Made by a program: the position numbers and the translations under genes | Assembly (NCBI RefSeq): GCF_000017305.1 | Contig: NC_009664.2 | Location: forward strand, 1,350,001 to 1,382,000 | Length of the DNA stretch: 32,000 nt | Source of the DNA: Kineococcus radiotolerans SRS30216 = ATCC BAA-149 | GTDB lineage: Bacteria > Actinomycetota > Actinomycetes > Actinomycetales > Kineococcaceae | Direction: 5' to 3' | Shown: piece by piece, positions 1 to 6,545 of the stretch | How positions within the stretch are numbered: position 1 is the first letter of the stretch | Layout of the letters: each line of letters opens with the position of its first letter | Notes under the pieces: model-generated | The model's database searches: none | Told to the model about the DNA's origin: nothing | The model's input: only the letters and a program-made list of their open reading frames with translations

Positions 1-502
1 CGACCGGGCGGGTCAGGAACCCGTCGGCGAGGGCCTCGGAGAACTCCCGGACCCCGCGGTCGTCGGCGAAGCGGAACGCGGTGCCGGGGCCGATCTCGGG
101 GACGAGGTAGTGGTAGTTCGTGTCGAACCACTTCGTCATCTCCAGCGGGGCGTCGGCCCCCCGCCCGCGGGCGATGGTGGAGTACCCGGCGAGGTCGACC
201 CGCCCGTCCTCCCCCACGACGTCGGCGAACCGCGGCGGGACCGCGCCGACCGCGACGGCGGCGTCGAGCACCTGGTCGTAGGCCGAGAACGCCGAGGGGA
301 TCGAGGCGTCGTGGGCGGGCAGGCCGAGGGAGTTGAGCCGGCGCACCGTGGCCGCCCGCACCCCGGCGAGGGCCCGCTCGGTGCTCGCGAGGTCGGCGCG
401 CCCGGCCCACAGCGCCTCGAGGGCCTTCTTGGCCTCGCGGTCGGCGCCGGTGCGGGGGTAGCCGAGGACGGTGGCGGTCCAGGCGGGGAGCTGTTCGGTC
501 AT
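1..502 (-). CDS. metE: Cobalamin-independent methionine synthase (5-methyltetrahydropteroyltriglutamate--homocysteine S-methyltransferase), N-terminal part; the gene runs off the window at position 1
   Basis: Reverse-strand translation from the ATG at 502-500 gives MTEQLPAWTATVLGYPRTGADREAKKALEALWAGR...GADAPLEMTKWFDTNYHYLVPEIGPGTAFRF. The 'EMTKWFDTNYHYLVPE' block is the classic MetE N-domain signature. It is absent from the ORF track because no stop lies in the window. Its ATG overlaps the metF stop (ATGA at 499-502). Confidence 0.9.
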   Translation of the reverse strand, partial: MTEQLPAWTATVLGYPRTGADREAKKALEALWAGRADLASTERALAGVRAATVRRLNSLGLPAHDASIPSAFSAYDQVLDAAVAVGAVPPRFADVVGEDGRVDLAGYSTIARGRGADAPLEMTKWFDTNYHYLVPEIGPGTAFRFADDRGVREFSEALADGFLTRPV

Positions 503-1452
503 CGTGCGGGTCCTCCTGCCGCGGCAGCCGTGCTGGCGCGGATCGGGTCGAGGGAGCGGGGCAGGTCGAGGTCGTCGAGCAGGTCGAGGGCCGGTTCGGC
601 CGCGTTGAACGTGTAGAGGTGGACACCGGGGGCGCCGGCGTCGAGCAGCCCGCGGGCCAGTCCCGCCGTGAACGCCGTCGCGGCGCGCCGGCGCCGGGGC
701 GCGTCGTCGGTGTCGAGCGCCGCCAGCAGCGGGACGGGGACGGGGACGCCGGTGAGTTCGCCGATCCGCCCCAGCCGACGGGTGCAGTCGGTCACCGCGA
801 CACCGGGCAGCAGCGGGATCCGCACCCCCGCCGCGCGGGCCCGGCGGACGAAGGCGGCGTACTCCCCGGCGGAGAACGTCACCTGGCAGACCGCGAAGTC
901 CGCGCCGGCGTCCTGCTTGGCGCGCAGCGCGGCCAGTTCGCCCTCGCCCCCGCGGGGGAAGGCGGCGACGGCGAGGCTCAGCGGGCCCTCGTCGACCGGG
1001 ACCCGCGCGCCCCGCAGGGCCGCCCGGCGCCGGTCGGCGACCTGGAGGAGTTCCACCAGGTCGCGGGCCGTGGCCACCCCGTCGGGGTGCGGGGTCCACC
1101 CCGCGTCCCCGGCCGGCGGGTCCCCGCGCAGGGCGAGGACGTTGCGGACCCCGGCGTCGAGGAACTCGCTGGCCAGGTCCACGACCTCGCGGCGGGAGGA
1201 CCCCACGCAGGTCAGGTGGGCCATGGCGGGCACGGCCGTCGTGCGGAGCACGTGGGCCAGCAGGTCCCGGCTGGGTCCGCGGGTGGCCCCGGCCGCGCCG
1301 AACGTGACCGACACGAAGTCCGGGCGGGCGGCGAGGAGGTCGGACAGCTTGCGCCACAAACCTTCCCGGGCGCTCTCGGAACGCGGGGGGAACAGTTCGA
1401 AGCTGAGGACGGGTCTCCCCGCCGCTCCGGCGACGAGGGGAGCCAGGGTCAC
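499..1452 (-). CDS. metF: Methylenetetrahydrofolate reductase
   Basis: 317-aa ORF with a GTG start at 1452. The N-terminus 'VLSFELFPPRS' and the blocks 'FVSVTFGAAG', 'AHLTCVG' and 'NVLALRGDPP' match the MetF family. It is translationally coupled to metE. Confidence 0.92.
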   Translation of the reverse strand: MTLAPLVAGAAGRPVLSFELFPPRSESAREGLWRKLSDLLAARPDFVSVTFGAAGATRGPSRDLLAHVLRTTAVPAMAHLTCVGSSRREVVDLASEFLDAGVRNVLALRGDPPAGDAGWTPHPDGVATARDLVELLQVADRRRAALRGARVPVDEGPLSLAVAAFPRGGEGELAALRAKQDAGADFAVCQVTFSAGEYAAFVRRARAAGVRIPLLPGVAVTDCTRRLGRIGELTGVPVPVPLLAALDTDDAPRRRRAATAFTAGLARGLLDAGAPGVHLYTFNAAEPALDLLDDLDLPRSLDPIRASTAAAAGGPAR

Positions 1453-1511
1453 CGCGGGCTGCCCGGGACCGGGACCGGGTAGGCGTCGACGACATCGGTG
1501 CTGCGCATCAC

Positions 1512-1608
1512 GAACTCCATCGGCCTGGCTTTAGCACCCTCGCCCGGGCTCGGGGGGTTGCTGCGGCGTCGTCGAGCCAGGACTCTCGGCCGCTCTGGAT
1601 GGTGTGGT
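1512..1608 (-). promoter_or_regulatory. SAM-I (S-box) riboswitch aptamer in the metF-metE leader
   Basis: Minus-strand read: ACACCATCCAGAGCGGCCGAGAGTCCTGGCTCGACGACGCCGCAGCAACCCCCCGAGCCCGGGCGAGGGTGCTAAAGCCAGGCCGATGGAGT. P1 is CCATC (1522-1518) pairing with GATGG (1603-1599 in plus coordinates). It carries the conserved S-box blocks AUC-AGAG-GG..GAGnG..UGGCnC..GA..CC..GCAACC and GGUGCUAAAnCC. It sits 66 nt upstream of the metF GTG. A near-identical core occurs at 7722-7820. Confidence 0.85.
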
Positions 1609-1612
1609 TCGA

Positions 1613-1642
1613 ATGTAGACCGGCACCGCGGCGCTCCACAAG
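1613..1642 (-). promoter_or_regulatory. Candidate promoter for the SAM-I/metF-metE transcript
   Basis: Minus strand reads TTGTGG (1642-1637), an 18-nt spacer, then TACATT (1618-1613). The -10 ends about 7 nt before the first P1 nucleotides. Sequence inspection only. Confidence 0.4.
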
Positions 1643-1756
1643 GGTTCCCCGGGAACACCGCCGGCGGTTCCCCCGGTCGGCCCCACCGGGGGTCCGGGAC
1701 GGCCCGCGACGCGCCGACCTTGCCGCCGGGCGGTGGTTCGTGGCAACCTCGCCGCA

Positions 1757-1870
1757 GGTCATGAGCGCCAGCGACAAGCCCCGGCTCGCTGGCCGGCAAC
1801 CCTCCTCCGCGGCGGGGTGCCCCGGGTGACGACCTGGCCGGTGCCGACGTGGCGCCGGCAAGCGCGGACC
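1757..1870 (+). promoter_or_regulatory. SAM-IV riboswitch aptamer
   Basis: GGTCATGAGCGCCAGCGACAAGCCCCGGCTCGCTGGCCGGCAACCCTCCTCCGCGGCGGGGTGCCCCGGGTGACGACCTGGCCGGTGCCGACGTGGCGCCGGCAAGCGCGGACC. As I recall it, this matches the actinomycete SAM-IV consensus almost base for base (GGUCAUGAG.GCCAGCG.CAAGCCCCGGCU.GCUGGCCGGCAACCCUCC...GCGG.GGGGUGCCCCGGGUGA.GACC...GGCAAGCGCGG). It lies 55 nt upstream of the GTG at 1926. Confidence 0.9.
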
Positions 1871-1925
1871 TCGCCGGGGGAACCCCGGTCCTCCCGGCAG
1901 GGTCCTGTTCCCGAGGAGACCCGTC

Positions 1926-3272
1926 GTGACGACCACCACCCTGTCCCCCTCCCGCCCCTGTCCCGGGGCGGTCCACGGGCCCCTGCTGCCCGTCGTCGGC
2001 GCGGGCACCCGCGTCCCCCTCGCCCACGGCGGGGAGATCCCCTACGCCAACCTGGACAACGCGGCGAGCGCGCCGGCGCTGACCGCGGTCGCCGACCGCG
2101 TCGCGCAGGTCCTGCCCCACTACGCCAGCGTCCACCGCGGCGCCGGGTACCTCTCCCGCGTCTCGACCGCGCTGTTCGAGCAGGCCCGCGCGCAGGTCGG
2201 CGCGTTCCTCGGGGCCGGCCCCGACGACGTGGTGGTCTTCACCCGCAGCACCACCGACGCCCTCGACCTGCTCTCGCGCGCGGTGCCGACGGGGGCGCGG
2301 GTGCTGGTCGCCGACGTGGAGCACCACGCGAACCTGCTGCCCTGGCAGCGCTCGGCGCGCACCACCGTCGTGCGCGGCGGCGCGGACGCCGGGGAGACCG
2401 CCGACCTGCTCGAGGCGGAGCTGGCCACCGGGCGCTACGCCCTGCTGGCCGTCGCGGGGGCCTCGAACGTGACGGGCGAGGTGCTGCCGCTGCGCCGCCT
2501 CGCCCGGGCCGCCCACGCCGCGGGCGCGCGCATCGCCGTCGACGGCGCGCAGCTGCTGCCCCACCGGCGGGTCGACCTCGGCCGCGACGGGATCGACTGG
2601 ATCGCGCTGTCGGGGCACAAGCTGTACGCCCCCTTCGGCGCCGGGGCGCTCGTCGGCCGCCGCGACTGGCTGGACGCCGCCGAGCCCTACCTCGCCGGCG
2701 GCGGCGCCACGCTCGACGTCGGCCACGACGCGGTGCGGTGGGCCAGCGGCCCCGACCGCCACGAAGCGGGTTCCCCGAACGTCGTCGGCGCCGTCGCGCT
2801 GGCCGAGGCCTGCGCGACGCTGGCCGCGCTGCCCGCCGGGGCGCTGGAGGCGCACGAGGCGGCGCTGCGCGAGCGGCTGGTCACCGGCCTGGGCGCGCTG
2901 GACGGCGTCCACGTCGTCCGCCCGCACCCCGAGGACGCGGTGGGGGTGGTGACGTTCACCGTGCCCGGCCACCCGGCGTCGGCGGTGGCGGCCTACCTCT
3001 CGGCCGAGCACGGCGTCGGGGTGCGCGACGGGCGGTTCTGCGCGCACCGGTTCGCCGACGCCCTCGGCCTCGCCGAGGGCGGCCTGCGGGCCTCCACCGG
3101 GGTCGGCACCGGGTCGGACGAGGTGGACCGGCTGCTCGCCGCCGTCGCGCAGTTCGTCACCACCGGCCCGGCGCTGGAGTACGGGACCACCGGGGGGCAC
3201 TGGGGTCCGCTGACCGACGCCCGCCCCGCGCCGGAGTCCTTCCTGCCCTCCCCCGGCGGGGGCCGGGGCTGA
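1926..3272 (+). CDS. Class-V aminotransferase-fold PLP enzyme, cysteine desulfurase/selenocysteine lyase-like
   Basis: 448-aa ORF with SD GAGGAG at 1913-1918 and GTG at 1926. Motifs: 'NLDNAASAP', 'YASVHRGAGYLS', the PLP-lysine motif 'SGHKLYAPFGAG', and 'VRDGRFCAH', which aligns to the SufS/CsdA 'RxGHHCA' catalytic-Cys loop. Confidence 0.8.
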   Translation: MTTTTLSPSRPCPGAVHGPLLPVVGAGTRVPLAHGGEIPYANLDNAASAPALTAVADRVAQVLPHYASVHRGAGYLSRVSTALFEQARAQVGAFLGAGPDDVVVFTRSTTDALDLLSRAVPTGARVLVADVEHHANLLPWQRSARTTVVRGGADAGETADLLEAELATGRYALLAVAGASNVTGEVLPLRRLARAAHAAGARIAVDGAQLLPHRRVDLGRDGIDWIALSGHKLYAPFGAGALVGRRDWLDAAEPYLAGGGATLDVGHDAVRWASGPDRHEAGSPNVVGAVALAEACATLAALPAGALEAHEAALRERLVTGLGALDGVHVVRPHPEDAVGVVTFTVPGHPASAVAAYLSAEHGVGVRDGRFCAHRFADALGLAEGGLRASTGVGTGSDEVDRLLAAVAQFVTTGPALEYGTTGGHWGPLTDARPAPESFLPSPGGGRG

Positions 3273-3319
3273 CCGTGCCGCACCGACCGCCGAACCCACC
3301 GCCGAACCCGAGGAGAGAC

Positions 3320-3706
3320 GTGACCGGGACCACCGCGGAACCGCCCGAGGCGCCGCTCGTCGACGCCGCGACCGCCGCGCGCGCCGTCGCCGCGGGCGCG
3401 CTGCTCGTCGACGTCCGCAGCGACGCCGGCCGTGCGGCGGCGGGCGACCTGCCCGGGGCCGTCGTCGTGGCCAAGACCGAGGTGGCGCGCCGGTTCACCC
3501 CGGGCGGGCCGGACGCCGTCCCCGGGCTGACCGGCCGGGACCGGCCCGTCGTCGTGGTCTGCGGCTCACCCGCGGGCTCCGCTCCCGTGGCCGCCCAGCT
3601 GCTGGCCGCCGGTTTCACCGACGTCGTGCACGTCGACGGGGGGTTCCCGGCGTGGAAGGCCGCCGGGCTGCCCGCGGGCGGACCCGCGGACTCGACGGAG
3701 CCCTGA
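3320..3706 (+). CDS. Rhodanese-domain sulfurtransferase (single domain)
   Basis: SD AGGAGAG at 3311-3317 and GTG at 3320, 128 aa. Motifs: 'LLVDVRS', active-site loop 'VVVCGSPAGS' and 'HVDGGFPAWKAAGLP', typical of rhodanese. The 5' part of track ORF 1733..3706 is an out-of-frame artefact. Confidence 0.8.
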   Translation: MTGTTAEPPEAPLVDAATAARAVAAGALLVDVRSDAGRAAAGDLPGAVVVAKTEVARRFTPGGPDAVPGLTGRDRPVVVVCGSPAGSAPVAAQLLAAGFTDVVHVDGGFPAWKAAGLPAGGPADSTEP

Positions 3707-3724
3707 CCGGGCCCTGACGGGGTT

Positions 3725-3967
3725 TCAGGCCAGGGGTCCGCCGCCGGGCCGGGAACCGTCGCCCACCCCGTCGCGGCGCGCGCCGTCCAGCAGCGCGTGC
3801 AGCTCCGCCTCGAACTCCGCCCAGCTCAGCTCCCCCGGCCCGGGCTGCTCCTCCGCCTCCTCCGGCGGGAACCACGGGAAGCCCCACTGACCGTGCCCGG
3901 CCACGGCCAGGCCCGCGACGAGGGACGCGACCCAGCGCCCCACGAGTTCCCGCACCCGGTGCCGCAC
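3725..3967 (-). CDS. Small hypothetical protein (80 aa), family not recognised
   Basis: In-frame GTG at 3967 preceded by GAGGAGG 5 nt upstream. Third-position GC is above 90% inside the ORF and drops immediately upstream. Translation: VRHRVRELVGRWVASLVAGLAVAGHGQWGFPWFPPEEAEEQPGPGELSWAEFEAELHALLDG... It is the only plausible part of the 912-aa track ORF 3725..6463. Confidence 0.45.
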   Translation of the reverse strand: MRHRVRELVGRWVASLVAGLAVAGHGQWGFPWFPPEEAEEQPGPGELSWAEFEAELHALLDGARRDGVGDGSRPGGGPLA

Positions 3968-4111
3968 AACCGCCTCCTCATCGATCGGTGGGGAGCACTG
4001 TGACACACGCCGGGGCCGCCGCGGGGGGTTCTCGCCGAACCCGTCCCCACCGCCCGCCGACGCCCCTCCTCCCCCTCCCCGACCCCCTCCCCGACGCGAC
4101 CAGGAGCCCCG

Positions 4112-5158
4112 ATGCCGACCCCGTTCCACGTGTTCCTCGACGTCGACGGCGGCGGGTGGCACCCCGCCGCCTGGCGCCGTTCCCGCGTCACCCCCGACGC
4201 CGTGCTGTCCCCGGCCCGGCTGCGGGAGTTCGCCGTCACCGCCCAGGCCCAGGGCCTCACGGGGCTGACGTTCGAGGACGCCGCGGCGCCGGACCCCCGC
4301 AACCCCGTCGGGCACCTCGACGCCGTCCAGCGCGCGGCGTTCCTGGCCGGCACGACCGACGCGATCGGGCTGCTGCCGGTGGCGGCGACGACGTACGCGG
4401 AACCGTTCCACGTCGCCGCGCAGATCGCCTCCCTCGACCACTCCAGCGCCGGGCGGGCCGGCTGGCTGGCGACGACGTCGCCCGCGGCGGTGGCGCGCGC
4501 GGTGGACCTCCCGGTGGCGCCGGACCCGGCCGCGGAGCTCGCGGACGTGGTCCGGGCCGTCCGCGCGCTGTGGGACTCCTGGGAGGACGACGCGGTGGTC
4601 CGCGACGTCGCCACGGGCCGCTACGTCGACCGCGACCGCCTGCATCACGTCGACGTCGAGACGGCGGGCTGGTCGGTGAAGGGCCCGCTCACGGTGCCCC
4701 GCCCGCCGCAGGGCCAGCCGGTCGTCGTCGTCCACGAGCGCGACCTGAGCGGCGCGCCGGGGACGGCCGACGTCGTCCTCACCGGCGACGAGCGCACCCG
4801 CCGGAGCGCGGGCGGCCCGCTCGTCGTGCTCGACGTCGAGCTCGCCCTCGACACCGACGCCGCACCCGGGGCCGAGCGGGTCGCGGCCCTCGACGCCGAC
4901 GCGCCCGCCCCGGTGCGCGACCGGGTGCGCTGGACGGGGTCCGGCGAGGGCTTCGCCCGCTACCTGTGCGGGCTGGCCGGCTCCTTCGACGGCGTGCGCC
5001 TGCACGCCGCCGTGCTCGACGAGGACCTGCGGGCGCTGCTGCGCACCACCCTCCCCGCGCTGCGGGTGGCCCGGCTGCTGCAGCCCCCGCTGCCCGGGTC
5101 CACCCTGCGCACCACCCTCGGCCTGACCCGGCCGGCCAACCGGTTCGCGACGACCTGA
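4112..5158 (+). CDS. Luciferase-like (LLM) flavin-dependent monooxygenase; short, divergent NtaA/DszA-type paralogue
   Basis: 348 aa with SD AGGAG at 4102-4106. The N-terminus 'FHVFLDVDGGGWHPAAWRRS' and the blocks 'LDHSSAGRAGWLATTS' and 'PPQGQPVVVV' parallel blocks in the downstream full-length paralogue ('HFGVFFQG..', 'LDVLSGGRAAWNVVTT', 'SPQGHPVVFQ'). Confidence 0.7.
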   Translation: MPTPFHVFLDVDGGGWHPAAWRRSRVTPDAVLSPARLREFAVTAQAQGLTGLTFEDAAAPDPRNPVGHLDAVQRAAFLAGTTDAIGLLPVAATTYAEPFHVAAQIASLDHSSAGRAGWLATTSPAAVARAVDLPVAPDPAAELADVVRAVRALWDSWEDDAVVRDVATGRYVDRDRLHHVDVETAGWSVKGPLTVPRPPQGQPVVVVHERDLSGAPGTADVVLTGDERTRRSAGGPLVVLDVELALDTDAAPGAERVAALDADAPAPVRDRVRWTGSGEGFARYLCGLAGSFDGVRLHAAVLDEDLRALLRTTLPALRVARLLQPPLPGSTLRTTLGLTRPANRFATT

Positions 5159-5167
5159 GGAGCCCCC

Positions 5168-6496
5168 GTGAGCGACACCACCAGCGACCTGCGCTTCCCC
5201 GACGCCGTCGTGCACTTCGGCGTCTTCTTCCAGGGCGTCAACCACAGCACCGTCTGGTCCGACCCCCGCAGCGGTTCCCAGCTGCACCCCTCGACGTTTA
5301 CCCAGCTGATCCGCACCGCCGAGCGGGGCCTGTTCGACGCGTTCTTCCTCGGCGAGGGGCTGCGGCTGCGCGAGCAGCACGGGAGGATCCACGACCTCGA
5401 CATCGTCGGGCGTCCGGACGCGCTCACCGAGCTCGCCACCCTGGCGGGGCTGACCGAGCGCATCGGCCTGGTCGCGACCCAGAACACCACCTACAACGAC
5501 CCCGCCGACCTCGCGCGCCGCCTCGCCTCGCTGGACGTGCTGTCCGGGGGGCGCGCGGCGTGGAACGTCGTGACCACCGACAACGCCTGGACGGGGGCGA
5601 ACTTCCGCCGCGGCGGGTACCTCGACCACGCCGACCGCTACGAGCGCGCCGAGCGCTTCGTGACCCTGGCCCGCCGGGTCTGGGACAGCTGGGACGGCGA
5701 GGGGTTCGCGCCCGTCACCTCGGCCGACCGGTTCTTCGACGTCGAGATCACCCCCACCGTCCCGCGCAGCCCGCAGGGCCACCCGGTGGTCTTCCAGGCC
5801 GGCGACTCCCCCGCCGGGCGCGACTTCGCCGCCCGCTCGGCCGACGTGATCTTCTCCCGGCACGGGACCCGCCACGACGACGCGCTCGAGTTCGCCGACG
5901 ACGTCCGGCGACGCGTCGTGGCCGCCGGCCGGCCCGAGGACGACGTCCTCGTCCTGCCCGGCACCCAGATCGTCGTGGCCGACACCGAGGCCGAGGTCGA
6001 GGAGAAGGCCCGCTGGGTGCTGGAGCAGCAGGTCACCCCGGCGACGGCCCTGTCCCTGGTGGGCCAGGTCTGGGGCGAGGACCTCTCCGGCTACGACCCC
6101 GACGGCCCGCTGCCGACGCACGACCCCGTGATCGCCGTCGTCGACGGCACCCGCGGCGCCGCCCGTCAGGGCCACGACCCCCGCGCCATCGCGCAGCGGT
6201 GGCGGGCGGTCGCGGAGGAGAACAAGTACTCGCTGCGCGAGCTCGTGCTGCACCACTCCTCCGAACGCGGTTTCGCCGGGACCGCCTCGCAGCTGGCCGA
6301 CGAGCTCACGCACTGGGTGCGCAGCGGGGCCTGCGACGGGTTCAACGTCACCCCGTACCTGGTGCCCAGCGGGCTCGACGACATCGTCGACCAGCTCGTC
6401 CCCGCGCTGCAGGACCGGGGCGCCTACCCGGCCGGGTACGTGGGGACGACGCTGCGCGAGCACCTCGGGCTGCGCCCGCCGCTGACCCGCCGCTGA
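5168..6496 (+). CDS. NtaA/SnaA/DszA-family FMNH2-dependent monooxygenase
   Basis: 442 aa with SD GAGGAG at 5157-5162 and GTG at 5168. Motifs: 'LDVLSGGRAAWNVVTTDN', 'YERAERFV', 'PQGHPVVFQAGDSPAGRDFAARSADVIF' and 'FAGTASQLADELTHWV..GACDGFNV', typical of this family. Confidence 0.85.
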   Translation: MSDTTSDLRFPDAVVHFGVFFQGVNHSTVWSDPRSGSQLHPSTFTQLIRTAERGLFDAFFLGEGLRLREQHGRIHDLDIVGRPDALTELATLAGLTERIGLVATQNTTYNDPADLARRLASLDVLSGGRAAWNVVTTDNAWTGANFRRGGYLDHADRYERAERFVTLARRVWDSWDGEGFAPVTSADRFFDVEITPTVPRSPQGHPVVFQAGDSPAGRDFAARSADVIFSRHGTRHDDALEFADDVRRRVVAAGRPEDDVLVLPGTQIVVADTEAEVEEKARWVLEQQVTPATALSLVGQVWGEDLSGYDPDGPLPTHDPVIAVVDGTRGAARQGHDPRAIAQRWRAVAEENKYSLRELVLHHSSERGFAGTASQLADELTHWVRSGACDGFNVTPYLVPSGLDDIVDQLVPALQDRGAYPAGYVGTTLREHLGLRPPLTRR

Positions 6497-6512
6497 CCCG
6501 CCGTGACCGCCG

Positions 6513-6542
6513 GCGCCGGTGGTCCCGCGGGACCACCGGCGC
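6513..6542. terminator. Palindromic GC hairpin between convergent genes (probable bidirectional terminator)
   Basis: GGCGCCGGTGGTCCCGCGGGACCACCGGCGCC is a perfect palindrome giving a stem of about 13-14 bp. It lies between the monooxygenase stop (6496) and the ATP-grasp stop (6546). Confidence 0.6.
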
Positions 6543-6545
6543 GGT

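Noticed and set aside
110-1534. Plus-strand ORFs 110..616, 619..1482 and 668..1534
   Set aside because: They are antisense to metE and metF, which have unmistakable family motifs. Their translations are low-complexity Arg/Gly/Ala/Pro.
1-1925. A cobalamin (B12) riboswitch upstream of metE
   Set aside because: metE has no upstream non-coding region because its ATG overlaps the metF stop. The metF leader matches the SAM-I pattern, not the B12-box (no GCCACUG-type core seen). cmscan with RF00174 could confirm this.
1449-3299. A 616-aa minus-strand ORF and the 5' part of the 657-aa plus-strand ORF 1733..3706 across the riboswitch region and the PLP-enzyme gene
   Set aside because: They read through both riboswitch aptamers and give low-complexity Arg/Gly/Pro translations. 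The 1926..3272 frame carries the PLP-enzyme motifs. The peptide 'HPERPRVLARRRRSNP' is merely the SAM-I core translated.
3968-6463. The upstream remainder of the 912-aa minus-strand track ORF 3725..6463, running antisense to the two monooxygenase genes
   Set aside because: The translation is Arg/Gly/Pro/Ala-rich low complexity with no motifs. The plus-strand frames carry clear LLM/NtaA family motifs, SD sequences and high GC3. Only the last 243 nt (3725-3967) has its own SD and start, and I kept that part as a small ORF.
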